This document shows, piece after piece, positions 18,626 through 28,205 of a DNA stretch of 64,000 nt. Positions within the stretch are counted from its first letter, which is position 1; each line of letters starts with the position of its first letter. The position numbers and the translations under genes were made by a program. Source of the DNA: a virus. The notes under the pieces were generated by a model. That model saw nothing but the letters and a program-made list of their open reading frames with translations, had not been told where the DNA came from and made no database searches. The stretch lies in the IMG/VR virus record IMGVR_UViG_3300047445_000457, positions 6,227 through 70,226 of that record. One strand, given 5' to 3'.

Positions 18626-19183
18626 CTAGGGATTGACCGCCTTCGCCGCGGCGTCATACGCCACGATGCAGGCATTCAGCCGCACTATGGCGTTGTCGCC
18701 GGTTCCAGTGAGTTCGACAAGGCGGCCGGCAGCCTGCGGGTCAAGTTCGGCTGCAGCGGCGGGTTGCGGATCCAGTCCGGCAGCGGCGCCACCTTCACCC
18801 TGGACGGCTGGATGACTTCCGGGGCAGATGGCGGCGACTGGCAGCCGCACACGGCGGGCAGCAAGATCAGACTGCAAAGCAGCGTTGTGGCGTTGTTGCT
18901 CATGTAAATCCCTTTCACGGTCCGCAAGGGTGGCCAGCGCCGCATCGAGCGCGGTCTGTCGTTCCGCCACCTGGCTGTTGGCGAGTGTCACCGCCTTGTA
19001 GGCGGCGCGTTCGCGGGCGGCATCGGCCAGCGCATGCTTGGCGTCGGCCTGCGCCCTGCCCTGTTCAACCAGGTGATGCTGGTACGCGAGCAGCCCGCCA
19101 ATGACCGCGGCAGCGGCGGCGGCGGCGGCGATCCACCTGGCCTCGGGCGGGATCAGGCCCGCCAGCAGCTCACTCGCGTTCAT
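18626..19183 (-). CDS. Rz-like inner-membrane spanin
   Basis: N-terminal TM, coiled coil, AELDPQAAGRLVELTGTGDNAIVRLNAC. Confidence 0.85.
   Translation of the reverse strand: MNASELLAGLIPPEARWIAAAAAAAAVIGGLLAYQHHLVEQGRAQADAKHALADAARERAAYKAVTLANSQVAERQTALDAALATLADRERDLHEQQRHNAALQSDLAARRVRLPVAAICPGSHPAVQGEGGAAAGLDPQPAAAAELDPQAAGRLVELTGTGDNAIVRLNACIVAYDAAAKAVNP
18685..18903 (-). CDS. Rz1-like outer-membrane lipoprotein spanin embedded in Rz
   Basis: Lipobox-like LILLPAVCGC, Pro-rich body, AAGGGA SD. Confidence 0.8.
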   Translation of the reverse strand: MSNNATTLLCSLILLPAVCGCQSPPSAPEVIQPSRVKVAPLPDWIRNPPLQPNLTRRLPAALSNSLEPATTP

Positions 19184-19274
19184 CGGGATGCCCCAGCGGC
19201 GAGTAGGCGAGATCCCAGGCCGCCCACGCCACGACGATGAAGGACAGGACGGCAAAACCCAGCAGGTAGATCAT
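19170..19274 (-). CDS. Small membrane peptide (34 aa) in the lysis cassette
   Basis: GGAGGT SD; MIYLLGFAVLSFIVVAWAAWDLAYSPLGHPDERE. Confidence 0.55.
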   Translation of the reverse strand: MIYLLGFAVLSFIVVAWAAWDLAYSPLGHPDERE

Positions 19275-19301
19275 GATTACCTCCGTGCGGTCGAAAGCGG
19301 T

Positions 19302-19523
19302 TTATTTGTCGGCCAGGCTGGTCGAGGTGCGGAAGCGGAGCACGATGTTGACCACCACCACTGCCAAACCGATGGTTCTGTAGGTGGATGGCGATAAATA
19401 GTCGGTTAGTTGCGGAAGGCTGTCGCGTGCGTACTCGGCCAGCGGCAGCGCGGCCAGCATCAGGCCGTTGAACCAGATCACGGCGGACTTGCGCATGCCG
19501 CGCAATTTCTGTTGCAGCTTCAT
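19302..19523 (-). CDS. Putative holin
   Basis: 73 aa, two hydrophobic segments, directly after the endolysin. Confidence 0.7.
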   Translation of the reverse strand: MKLQQKLRGMRKSAVIWFNGLMLAALPLAEYARDSLPQLTDYLSPSTYRTIGLAVVVVNIVLRFRTSTSLADK

Positions 19524-19984
19524 GCCACGGTTCCCCCTGCACGCTGGTAGGCGGCCACCAGGTCCGCCATCTTGTTTTCGCGCTGCCTGTAGCCCGCGCC
19601 AGGCAGCGAGGCCCAGCGGCTGCGGCATTTCGTGATCGCGTCCTGGATCCGGCCGGCGCCCACGTCGTCATAGGCATGGCATTCGCGGATCAGCTGGATC
19701 GCCCACTGGTCCTGGGCATCCTTGCCGAAGTCGGGCAAGTGGAGCTGGTCGCGGTAGTGCTCCCAATAGCGGCCCATGAACTGGTAGCGGCCGGCAGCGT
19801 CCGAGTCGAGCGCGTCGCAGCGGCGGCGCGGGTGTTCGGCGTAGCCGTCGAACAGGATCGGCCTGGCGGGGGTCGAGCCAACGCACACGTCGTAGCCGTT
19901 GTCGCTGGCGTTCAGGAGCCGCGGGCCGAGCTCGGACCACGCGAGCATGTCGAGGAAGGCTTTGATGTTGGACAGGCGATTCAT
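19520..19984 (-). CDS. Endolysin, lambda R/GH104 lytic transglycosylase
   Basis: AFLDMLAWSE, SDAAGRYQF and WASLPGAGY motifs. Confidence 0.93.
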   Translation of the reverse strand: MNRLSNIKAFLDMLAWSELGPRLLNASDNGYDVCVGSTPARPILFDGYAEHPRRRCDALDSDAAGRYQFMGRYWEHYRDQLHLPDFGKDAQDQWAIQLIRECHAYDDVGAGRIQDAITKCRSRWASLPGAGYRQRENKMADLVAAYQRAGGTVA

Positions 19985-19985
19985 G

Positions 19986-20423
19986 TCAGTCCGCCTTCAA
20001 GCCACGCGCGGTTGCCCACAGCCCGAGCACGGCGCTGATGAAGCCGATGATCCAGGTCAGCGGTTTCAGGACCTTGCCGGTCGCTTCAATCGTCTTCATC
20101 GCGCCGCCCCAACTCGTCATCAACTCCACGATGCCGGCGGTGGATTCCTCCAGGCGCTTGGTCGCCGCCGCCTGCAGGTCGATCTTCGCCTCGATGTTGT
20201 CCATGCGGGAGGCCTGCGCGGCGAAGCGTTCGCCGGCGTACTCCCGCAAGACGCCGGCAATCTTGAGTTCAATCGCGGCGCTCAACCTGTTGTCGCCGTT
20301 GATCAGCTCGGCAACCTGGGCCACGGTCGGCGCACAGCGCTTGGTGCAGTCGATGTCGGCGCACAGCATCGCACCGTCCGGGTCCGGCTTCGGCTGCAAC
20401 TTGATGGGTTGGGAATTCGGCAT
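19986..20423 (-). CDS. Membrane-anchored lysis-region protein
   Basis: Coiled coil plus C-terminal TM, upstream of the endolysin. Confidence 0.6.
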   Translation of the reverse strand: MPNSQPIKLQPKPDPDGAMLCADIDCTKRCAPTVAQVAELINGDNRLSAAIELKIAGVLREYAGERFAAQASRMDNIEAKIDLQAAATKRLEESTAGIVELMTSWGGAMKTIEATGKVLKPLTWIIGFISAVLGLWATARGLKAD

Positions 20424-20448
20424 CGTGGCTCCTGTAGGGATGGCGCGG

Positions 20449-21006
20449 TTACTTGAATCGGCCCGGTCGGCGCATCAGGTACTTGGGCGGCCGGGGTTGC
20501 GGGGTGATGACGCACTCGCAGGCACCGCCCGGCCCATCTACGCCGCCGGCGCCCTGGCCCGGCTGGGAGGATCCGGCGCTGACCACCTCGAGGATGTAGC
20601 CCTGAAGGACCACCGGATTGTTCAGCAGGGGATCGCGCCCGAGGCCGCTGCGGCTGATGACTTCGGCAGTGACTGCGCTGGTCTGCGCCGCCGGGGAAGC
20701 TGTGCTCAACACCTCGGCGGCGAAGGTCTGCACGACCGCCGCGGTGCCGTCCGGCAGCGGGGTCACGCCGAGGCCGCTGCGGCTGATCACCTCGGCCACG
20801 ACCTGCGCCGACTTTGCGCGCGGCGCGACTGGCGTGCTGACCGTTTCTGCAATGAAGGTCTGGAGCACCACCGGGTTGCCGACCAATGGCGGCGCACTGG
20901 CGCCGGTAACGCTGACGACCTCGACAATGCATTGGGCGGTGCGCGCCGTGGGGCTGCGCGGTGCGACTACCTCTAGCGCGACCTGGTAGCTGCGGGCAGT
21001 GGTCAC
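20449..21006 (-). CDS. Tail/fibre-associated repeat protein
   Basis: Repeats of about 42 aa (VVLQTFxAE...AEVISRSGLG); C-terminal LMRRP. Confidence 0.65.
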   Translation of the reverse strand: MTTARSYQVALEVVAPRSPTARTAQCIVEVVSVTGASAPPLVGNPVVLQTFIAETVSTPVAPRAKSAQVVAEVISRSGLGVTPLPDGTAAVVQTFAAEVLSTASPAAQTSAVTAEVISRSGLGRDPLLNNPVVLQGYILEVVSAGSSQPGQGAGGVDGPGGACECVITPQPRPPKYLMRRPGRFK

Positions 21007-21009
21007 GGC

Positions 21010-22059
21010 TTAGGCGGCGACGACGATGCCGAATTCCGCCGCGTTGATGCCTGCCTGGGTCCAGTTCGTGCCGGTGGCCGGGTCGTGTTCGTGGATGGTG
21101 GTGTAGAACTTGCGGTCGGTCGACAGCGGGATCGCTGCCGAATACTCTTCGCTGACGCCGGACTTGACCAGGTGGCCGATGGAACGCACGCCGGCGTCGT
21201 CCTTGGTCGAGACATCCACGATCTGCACGCCGCGCACGACGCCGACGATCGACGTCAAATCCTCGAACTGGTACGAATCCTTGGCCCCGACAGTGCTGGA
21301 GGCAACGTACGACAATTGATCGGCAACCTGCTCGTTGACCCGGCTGTAGTGGTTGACGCCGCTGTCCGGCGTAAAATTCCCGTATGTACCATCGGCGTTC
21401 GGCTTCACCGCGTCTACCCTGACATCCCCGAAGAAATCGTTGTTCGACAGGCCGCTGGTGTCACACATATACAGGTCATCGACCGATGTGGTTCCGCCAT
21501 TCGCCGGGCTTATCACGCTCACGCGGGTGATCGTCTCGGTGGCAGAGAGGTAGCTGATCGTGGCGACATTCACCAGGTTCAGGACGTTGGCACCATTGAC
21601 CAGAACCTTGACCGTACCGGTGCCGGTTGCGCTGATGCTGGCCTTGACCTCGAGGTAGGCGTAGACATTGGGATCGACCACGGCACCCGTCGTCTTGCCC
21701 AGCTGCTGCCAATCAGTGCTTGCGCTGCCGTTGCGGCGGTAGACAGAGATCGAGCCATCCAGTGCAATCGCAAAATACAAATGCACCCCGTCGCCGTTAC
21801 CCAAGGTCAGACACCATGGCGAGGCGTTTGGGTCCGTGATGGTCGTGAAGGTGGAAACCTTGATGGCAAAGCCAACGATCAGGGTCTTTGTTCCAGCGAG
21901 GTCCTTGCGCGCCGAGGTTGCGAGGGGAAGCGACATCCCGCCACCACCGCGGCGCCCGCCAGTGGCATTGATCGTAACGGCACCAGTGACAGCGCTCCAC
22001 TTGAGCGGCAAGTCGCTCGTGCCGTAATGGTCGAACGAATCGAGGAAAAGCATGGTCAT
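21010..22059 (-). CDS. Virion structural / putative receptor-binding protein
   Basis: 349 aa, beta-rich, atypical codon usage, in the tail cluster. Confidence 0.7.
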   Translation of the reverse strand: MTMLFLDSFDHYGTSDLPLKWSAVTGAVTINATGGRRGGGGMSLPLATSARKDLAGTKTLIVGFAIKVSTFTTITDPNASPWCLTLGNGDGVHLYFAIALDGSISVYRRNGSASTDWQQLGKTTGAVVDPNVYAYLEVKASISATGTGTVKVLVNGANVLNLVNVATISYLSATETITRVSVISPANGGTTSVDDLYMCDTSGLSNNDFFGDVRVDAVKPNADGTYGNFTPDSGVNHYSRVNEQVADQLSYVASSTVGAKDSYQFEDLTSIVGVVRGVQIVDVSTKDDAGVRSIGHLVKSGVSEEYSAAIPLSTDRKFYTTIHEHDPATGTNWTQAGINAAEFGIVVAA

Positions 22060-22060
22060 G

Positions 22061-22363
22061 TCAGTAGTCCTTGATTTTCAGGATGAATTCGTCCTGCAGG
22101 ATGCGGCCCGAGGCCGTGGTGGCGGTCACAGTCACCTTGTAGGTCTGCCGCACCGTGCCGCCGCCGATCCACAGGCTCACGCGGGTAGTGCCGACGTCGG
22201 CCGCGTACAGCACTGGCGGGCTGGTGTCGTCCATGGAACCCTGTGCGGCGATCTGGACGTCCGGCGCCGGGGCGATGGTGTCGCCGGCTGCCAGATCGTC
22301 CTCGTACTCGATCGCGTAGACTTCGCGCTCGGCCGGTTGCTTCGTAAATTTCCCCAAGAGCAT
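22061..22363 (-). CDS. Fibre-tail adaptor-type protein
   Basis: FTKQPAEREVYAIEY...WIGGG...YKVTVTATTASGRILQDEF. Confidence 0.75.
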   Translation of the reverse strand: MLLGKFTKQPAEREVYAIEYEDDLAAGDTIAPAPDVQIAAQGSMDDTSPPVLYAADVGTTRVSLWIGGGTVRQTYKVTVTATTASGRILQDEFILKIKDY

Positions 22364-22382
22364 TGCGGTGTCCTTCGCTCGC

Positions 22383-22865
22383 TTATTTGTGCATCACACG
22401 GTTGACGGACGGCCGCCATAGCACTTGCGTGGCGGCGATCGAGGCGGGATTGAGGCTGGTGGCAGTGCGGAGCGCGCCGAGGCGCAGGAGCAGGACCGCC
22501 GCGAGCGGGCTGGTGGCGGTCGCGTCGGACGACAGTGGTGCCAGGCCAGCGTCGACCCGCCCGGCGAGGCCGAACGTGCCGCCGGCGTCGTCCAATAGCA
22601 GCGCCGCCAGCATGCCCAGCACCCCGGCGCCCACCGTGCGCTCGGCGCCGGCCACAACGACAGCCGGCGCGAGCGTCGCGCCCAGCTCGGCAGTGCGCCA
22701 GGCGGAACCGTCCGCATCGAGCAGCAGCGCGCCCAGCGTCACGTCCAGGTGCGCGCCGGTGCGGCCCTCCGCCTGAACCAGCAGAGGGCCGAGCAGGACC
22801 GCCAGCTCCGTGCCGGCAGAGTCGAACGCCGTACGGTCGAATGCGGCCCAGTAGAACGCGACCAT
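22383..22865 (-). CDS. Tail fibre shaft-like protein
   Basis: Ala/Leu/Gly repeats; C-terminal LWRPSVNRVMHK. Confidence 0.6.
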   Translation of the reverse strand: MVAFYWAAFDRTAFDSAGTELAVLLGPLLVQAEGRTGAHLDVTLGALLLDADGSAWRTAELGATLAPAVVVAGAERTVGAGVLGMLAALLLDDAGGTFGLAGRVDAGLAPLSSDATATSPLAAVLLLRLGALRTATSLNPASIAATQVLWRPSVNRVMHK

Positions 22866-23125
22866 TACAGGGTCACGGCCAGCGGGAATACGCTGTTATT
22901 CATTTGGTTGTGGTCGACCGCGGAAACGCCGAGCTGCTGCATCGCGGCTGCGATCTGCTCCACGGTGGCAGTCGGTTCCGGTTCTGGCGGATCGGGAAGC
23001 AGGTCGGGGCCGTTGCCCGCCTGGAGCCAGAGCACGTAGGCGTCGTAGGGCGGATTGCCGTCCACCTGATCAATCAGAACCCCATCCTCGAACAGACGGC
23101 CACTCGGATAGTAGACTGTGTACAT
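22865..23125 (-). CDS. Tail fibre assembly chaperone-like protein
   Basis: NPPYDAYVLWLQAGNGP motif; directly after the fibre gene. Confidence 0.6.
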   Translation of the reverse strand: MYTVYYPSGRLFEDGVLIDQVDGNPPYDAYVLWLQAGNGPDLLPDPPEPEPTATVEQIAAAMQQLGVSAVDHNQMNNSVFPLAVTL

Positions 23126-23126
23126 A

Positions 23127-24053
23127 TCAATTCCCCGTTTCAAGGTAAAAGCTAAAAAAGTCGAACCGGACTTCGAGGGTGGCCGTTCCATTACATCGCA
23201 GGAAGTAGGCTGATGTGCCCGAAGTGGTGCTCGGCAGGTCGGTGGTCAGGCGCGTGCGGAACACGTCGCCAGTATTCAGCCGCGTAACCTCGACATCCAT
23301 GTAGGCGCCACTGGCGGGGCAGGCCATCGCCAGCTCGTACACGTCGACGCTGAGCGTGTGGTCGGGGAAGTTCGCCCCGAGTGAAACCTTGGTGGCGGCG
23401 CCGGTGGCGTCGTTGTAGAACAGGCTGAGCGTCGTGTCACCGCTATCGGTGCCGACCCCGACCAGGTTTAGCATGGTCGACGGGTTAGCAGTGCCGAGGG
23501 TTTGCGCCAGGCCGACGAAGCTGCGGGCCGCACTGGCGACGGTGGCTGGATCGCTACAACCCCATCGCGCCACCATCCGCATCGCGGTAGTGCCGCGTGC
23601 CCACGACGCGACGGTATAGATGCGTGCGTAACTGCCGGCAGCGGTCGGGGAACCATAGCCAAGACGTGGCATCATGAGGAAGCGGCTTGTCGTGCCGGCG
23701 GTGATCGTGCGGATGTAGGTTGTGCCGCTGGAATTGACCTGCTGGCCGAGGACAGTCAGGCTGCTGCTGGCCCAGCCTGGGATCCACGCAATGACATTCC
23801 CTCGCCCCAGGAATGGCTGCAAGACGTTGGTGCTGCCGTTTGACGTGATGTAGGCGGGTAGCGGATCGCTGGCGATGTTCTGTGCGTACAAGGCCAGGGT
23901 GCCATCGGGCGGCGCCACGGGTGCGGCGGTGCTCGCGGGCAGGTTGATTCCGCCGGCGTCAACCTGGTGATCGTCGTTCCAATCGTCACCGCCTACCTTC
24001 GCCGGATCAGTGCTCGCCCCAGCGGTCGATGCCTTCCTGTGCTTGATCGTCAT
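23127..24053 (-). CDS. Putative tail fibre / receptor-binding protein
   Basis: MTIKH...DDWNDDH N-terminus, beta-rich body, atypical codon usage. Confidence 0.65.
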   Translation of the reverse strand: MTIKHRKASTAGASTDPAKVGGDDWNDDHQVDAGGINLPASTAAPVAPPDGTLALYAQNIASDPLPAYITSNGSTNVLQPFLGRGNVIAWIPGWASSSLTVLGQQVNSSGTTYIRTITAGTTSRFLMMPRLGYGSPTAAGSYARIYTVASWARGTTAMRMVARWGCSDPATVASAARSFVGLAQTLGTANPSTMLNLVGVGTDSGDTTLSLFYNDATGAATKVSLGANFPDHTLSVDVYELAMACPASGAYMDVEVTRLNTGDVFRTRLTTDLPSTTSGTSAYFLRCNGTATLEVRFDFFSFYLETGN

Positions 24054-24076
24054 GGAATCCTTGTCTTGTCGGTGCG

Positions 24077-25492
24077 CTAGATCGGGCGCGGGTTGCGGCG
24101 CATGGTGCGGGGCTCGGACGGACGGCGCATGAGGCATTGCAGGGCGGCGGTCCGCAGCAGGGGCGGCGCCACGAACTGGAGCGAAATCCCGCTGGCGGCG
24201 CGCACCAGGTCCAACTGGCCGGGAAAGTCGAGGCCGACGAGCGATGCGCCGGCGCCGGTCACATTGGCCGTGCCCAGCGCACCGGCCAGCACTGCCGACG
24301 CCGGGGTGCCTGCTCTCGCCGCAAGGCCTGCCGGTGCGAGCGCGCGGTTGAAAGTGGCGATGATGTTGCTCGACACGACGCTCGCCGTCCAGGCCGGTCC
24401 CAGCGTTGCGGCCACCTGCGCGGTAGTCAGTAGCGCCGCCGTCGTGAGCCCTTGCAACGGATCGAGGGGTGCCGCCAGCGCGCCGGCTACCTGCACGGAT
24501 CCGCTGGCCGAGGTGCCGGTCGAGGCGAGCGGCGCGAGGGTGGCGGTGCTCGATCCTTCAAGCGGGACCACGCCCGCTGCCAGCAGCCCGGCGACGGCGA
24601 GCGTCGCCGTGAAGGATGCCGCAGCCAGTTCGGTGGCAGTCGTTACCAGCGGCCCATAGGTAATGATGATCGCGCCGCTGCCGCCCGCCGCCGGCACGCC
24701 CAGCCTGTTGGTGTTCGGATCGTAGCCGGGACCGCCAGCGCCGCCGCCGGGGAAGCCGCCCTTGGTGCCGGTGCCGCCCCAGCCAGCGCCGCCGCCACCG
24801 CCGCCGCCCTTGCCGGAAGCTGCGCCGGGCGATCCGGTGGCCTTGACCCCGCCGCTGCCGCCAGTGCCGCCCAGCCCGTTGTCGCCGGTGCCGCCGTCGC
24901 CGCCCGGCGCCACGAAGTTATTGCCGTTCAGGCCGCTGCCGTCCGCGCCGTTCAGGCCGTTGCCGTCCGCCCCGCCGGCACCGCCGCCGCCGCCACCCGC
25001 ATTCCACGGTACGGCACCGCCACTGCCACCCGAGGACTTGAGCGTGCCGATCGAGGCCGAGGCCTGGCCACCGGGCGAGGTAAGGCCCGTCGTGACCAGG
25101 GTGCCACCCTTGGCCGCCACCAGCGCCGCCGCGAAAGTGGCGGCGCCGAACCAGGTGTCGCCGCCCGATGCGTTGCCGATGCTCTGGCCGACCGAGATCG
25201 GGATGGCGCCGCTACCGTTCCAGTTGAAGATGGCCGCATACGCACCGCCGCCACCGCCGCCGCCGCTGACTTGCGAGCCCGCGCCGGCACCCCAGCACTC
25301 GACGCTGTTGTTCGCCGGGTTGAAGTCCGCCGGCACGGTCCATGTCGTCCCGGCGGTGAGAACGATGGTCTTGGTGCCGCTGCTCGTAAAGAGCGCGCCG
25401 AGGGTTGCCGTCAGCGTGCTGACCGCCGGAAGCTGGGCGGCAGCGGCGACGGTTCCGGCGCCGAGTGTCTTGGCGAGATCGGCGGTCGTCAT
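24077..25492 (-). CDS. Glycine-rich tail fibre-like protein
   Basis: TWTVPA...VECWGAG...GGGGGG glycine-rich domain; C-terminal LMRRP. Confidence 0.7.
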   Translation of the reverse strand: MTTADLAKTLGAGTVAAAAQLPAVSTLTATLGALFTSSGTKTIVLTAGTTWTVPADFNPANNSVECWGAGAGSQVSGGGGGGGAYAAIFNWNGSGAIPISVGQSIGNASGGDTWFGAATFAAALVAAKGGTLVTTGLTSPGGQASASIGTLKSSGGSGGAVPWNAGGGGGGAGGADGNGLNGADGSGLNGNNFVAPGGDGGTGDNGLGGTGGSGGVKATGSPGAASGKGGGGGGGAGWGGTGTKGGFPGGGAGGPGYDPNTNRLGVPAAGGSGAIIITYGPLVTTATELAAASFTATLAVAGLLAAGVVPLEGSSTATLAPLASTGTSASGSVQVAGALAAPLDPLQGLTTAALLTTAQVAATLGPAWTASVVSSNIIATFNRALAPAGLAARAGTPASAVLAGALGTANVTGAGASLVGLDFPGQLDLVRAASGISLQFVAPPLLRTAALQCLMRRPSEPRTMRRNPRPI

Positions 25493-25504
25493 GGTGACTC
25501 GCGG

Positions 25505-25909
25505 TTAAGCGTTGGCGTCGGTCAGGCTGAAGGTGTTGACCGTCACTGCCTGGGTAGCAGCGATCACGGTATTGTCGAGCGTCATGTCGCCGCCGCTGCC
25601 GGTGGCCGTGACGGTGCCCTGCAGGTGGCAGGTGGTGCCGGCCGCGTCGACCACGCGGAAATAGCCGACCGTGCCGCCAGCCGCACCGGTGCCGCTCCAG
25701 GTGCCGCTCTTGATCTTGCTGCCGGCCGAAGCGTTGGCCAGCCAGTCGGCCGGCAAGGCGATCTCGCACAGCAGGGTGCCGGATTGGGCGGTCGCGCAGT
25801 CGGCCGGCGCCGCGCCGGACAGCAGGCGCAGCTTGGCGGACGCGCCCGCGGTGGTTTCGATAGCGTCGAGCCGCGCGTTACGCACGGCAACAGAGAGTTG
25901 CAGGGCCAT
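25505..25909 (-). CDS. Virion structural protein
   Basis: RNARLDAIET...LPADW...GYFRV...LQGTV, a pattern common in tail clusters. Confidence 0.7.
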   Translation of the reverse strand: MALQLSVAVRNARLDAIETTAGASAKLRLLSGAAPADCATAQSGTLLCEIALPADWLANASAGSKIKSGTWSGTGAAGGTVGYFRVVDAAGTTCHLQGTVTATGSGGDMTLDNTVIAATQAVTVNTFSLTDANA

Positions 25910-25941
25910 GGGGATCCTTCAGTAGTGGGTCGTTCGGGGAA

Positions 25942-26598
25942 TCAGGCGCGGGTACGGGCCGGGGATTCGGCGCGTTCGTGCGTGGTCTTGCCGTCCAGCG
26001 AAGCGGCAAACGCGGCGTAGCGGCTGGCGGCGCGCGCCGGATCGGCGGCGTACTCCGCATCCTTGGAAAACGCCCGGTACAGGACGTAATCGAGCAGCGC
26101 GTCCTGGTAGATGTCGTCCAGCGTGATGACGGCCGCTTCGCTGGACACGGGCGGCGGGTTCGCGCTGTACACCAGGTCGAGGCATCCGGTGCCGTCGTTC
26201 GGCGGGTACACCATGAAGCGGACCGGATCGAGCGGGTTGACCATGTAGTGCTGCACGGTCGTGTTCTGCGGCGCGTTGTGCCACTCTGGGTTGAACTGGT
26301 CCATCAGGTCGCGCTCGATCAGGCGCACGGCGCGCCCGGTGGCGTTGCGCAGCACCTCGATCAGCTCGATCGGATCGACCGGCCCGGTATCGTCCGCGCT
26401 CGGCAGGGACTGCACCGTGCCCACCGCGAGCGTCATGCTGCTGCGCAGCACGTAGGCGCTTGGCTTCCTGATGACGGTTTCGCGCTGGCCGGCGTTCAGG
26501 TAGTCCAGCAGCTCGGCGCGGGTCCAGCGCACGTTGCTGGTGTCCTGCAGGGCGGTTGCGGCCCGGTTGATGATGGTGGCGGCGGTCACTATGGGCAT
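25942..26598 (-). CDS. Head-tail adaptor-type protein
   Basis: LQDTSNVRWTRAELLDYLNAGQRE...YRAFSKDAEY. Confidence 0.75.
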   Translation of the reverse strand: MPIVTAATIINRAATALQDTSNVRWTRAELLDYLNAGQRETVIRKPSAYVLRSSMTLAVGTVQSLPSADDTGPVDPIELIEVLRNATGRAVRLIERDLMDQFNPEWHNAPQNTTVQHYMVNPLDPVRFMVYPPNDGTGCLDLVYSANPPPVSSEAAVITLDDIYQDALLDYVLYRAFSKDAEYAADPARAASRYAAFAASLDGKTTHERAESPARTRA

Positions 26599-26605
26599 GG
26601 CCGCC

Positions 26606-27223
26606 TCACATGAAGGAACGCGGGCGGACCCGGTTGCCACTCATCCCGAATCCAGCCTCGGCGCGGATCCGCGCGTTGGTCCGTCCGACGACATAGATCG
26701 TCTGGTAGGTCGGCGCCAGTTGCGGGTTGCTGAATAGCTGGTTTGGCATCAGCATCAGGCGTGCGACCGCACCGCTGCCGATCTCGTAGGCGTAATCGGC
26801 CAGCAGCACGTCGTCCAGCGTCGCCGCCAGCATGGTCGGGCGGGTCGCCACGCGCAGGACGATCACGCCATCCTGGTCGACGGTCGGGGTCGGGTAGAGC
26901 GTAAAAGTGTTGTCGGCGGCCTGGCGCAGCGCAAACGGGGCGGTGCCGCCCTCGCGCACGTCGTCGTCCTGGCGGATCACTTGCATGCGCTGGCCGTCGT
27001 AGTAGGCCTCGAGGATCAGCGTGACATTGGCGCCGTACGGCACGTCGATGTCGTACTGTGCCTGGCCGGCGTACACGTCAACCGGGTCCAGCACCTGCTG
27101 CGCCACCGGGGCGTAGGTGCAGAAGTCGATCGCCACGCCGCGCAGGGTCATTTCCGCCAGCGGCGCCGGGCAGCCCGGCACCAGTGGCAGGATGTACGGC
27201 ATGAAATCCGCCAGGTGCGCCAT
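26606..27223 (-). CDS. Head-tail adaptor-type protein
   Basis: PLVPGCP...AIDFC...LYPTP; position after capsid genes. Confidence 0.7.
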   Translation of the reverse strand: MAHLADFMPYILPLVPGCPAPLAEMTLRGVAIDFCTYAPVAQQVLDPVDVYAGQAQYDIDVPYGANVTLILEAYYDGQRMQVIRQDDDVREGGTAPFALRQAADNTFTLYPTPTVDQDGVIVLRVATRPTMLAATLDDVLLADYAYEIGSGAVARLMLMPNQLFSNPQLAPTYQTIYVVGRTNARIRAEAGFGMSGNRVRPRSFM

Positions 27224-27225
27224 GT

Positions 27226-27582
27226 TTAGGCGGCCTTCGCTGCCGGACGCGCGTTGTACGAGAAGCGCTTCACCTGGCGCGCGCGCGAGGTATTGCCGTT
27301 CGCCTCGTACACGATCTGCACCGCGTTCTCAAGGATCTGCAGCAGTTCCACCGGCACCTCGACCGGGGTATCGCGCGGGACCTGGTAGCCGGTGCCGTTC
27401 AGGCCGATGAACACCGGATCGCGGCCCGAGTCGCCTTCGCCCTGGTGGATGGTCAGTTCGACGCGCTCGCCGGACAGCACATCGCCGTCGTTGTTGACCT
27501 GCAGTTGGGCGACGGCGACCGGCTCGATGGTCTTCGGTGCGTCGTCAATGGTGGTGATGCTGGTGTCTTGTGCCTTGGCCAT
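27226..27582 (-). CDS. Conserved phage protein downstream of capsid genes
   Basis: PVFIGLNGTGYQVPRDTPVEVP motif. Confidence 0.7.
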   Translation of the reverse strand: MAKAQDTSITTIDDAPKTIEPVAVAQLQVNNDGDVLSGERVELTIHQGEGDSGRDPVFIGLNGTGYQVPRDTPVEVPVELLQILENAVQIVYEANGNTSRARQVKRFSYNARPAAKAA

Positions 27583-27606
27583 GATGTGCCTCGCTTGGTA
27601 GGGTCG

Positions 27607-27632
27607 AAAAAAAACCCGCCGAAGCGGGTTTT
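27607..27632 (-). terminator. Rho-independent terminator after capsid genes
   Basis: AAAACCCGC-TTCG-GCGGGTTTTTTTT on the minus strand. Confidence 0.85.
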
Positions 27633-27651
27633 AGGGGGGATCGCCGGGCGC

Positions 27652-28149
27652 TTACGGGGCGACCGAGGGCAGCACGGCCACGTCGAAGAACGTGAACGCG
27701 ATGCCGGCCGCATCCAGCGCCGTGGTGCCGGGGGTGAAGGCGGCCGAGGTGGTCGTCACCTTGATCAGGCCGATCGGGGTGACGCCGTTCGGCACGTCCG
27801 GCACCGAGCCGACCACCGAGGTGGCGGGCTGGTTGTTGGCCAGTGCCGCGGCGATCGCGTTGTTGGAGGCCGGCGCGCCCTGGTAGGTGCTGACGGTGCC
27901 GGCAGCATCCAGGCCGACCGCGTAATACATGGTCTGGCCAACCGCCTGCACGGCATGGCCGGCGGAGAAAGCCTGGGCCGCCAGCGCAACCTTCGACTTG
28001 AACACGCCGTCGCAGGTGTAGGTATAGGCGTTGGTCGACTTGAAGGTGACTGCGCCGGCGATGTTGATGGCCAGGATGCCGGCGGTGTGATTGCGGTAGC
28101 CGGTGATTTCGCGGCCGGTTTCGTCGTTGACGTCGCGGAGAGTTGCCAT
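27652..28149 (-). CDS. Probable capsid decoration protein
   Basis: 165 aa, between capsid gene and terminator; strong AGGA SD. Confidence 0.65.
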   Translation of the reverse strand: MATLRDVNDETGREITGYRNHTAGILAINIAGAVTFKSTNAYTYTCDGVFKSKVALAAQAFSAGHAVQAVGQTMYYAVGLDAAGTVSTYQGAPASNNAIAAALANNQPATSVVGSVPDVPNGVTPIGLIKVTTTSAAFTPGTTALDAAGIAFTFFDVAVLPSVAP

Positions 28150-28205
28150 GGTGTTGTCCTTGTGGGTTCGTCAGCAGGCCCGCCGAAGCAGGCCCGCCGG
28201 GGTGA

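Noticed and set aside
20449-25492. Diversity-generating retroelement or invertible tail cassette
   Set aside because: No reverse transcriptase, template repeat or invertase seen in the window
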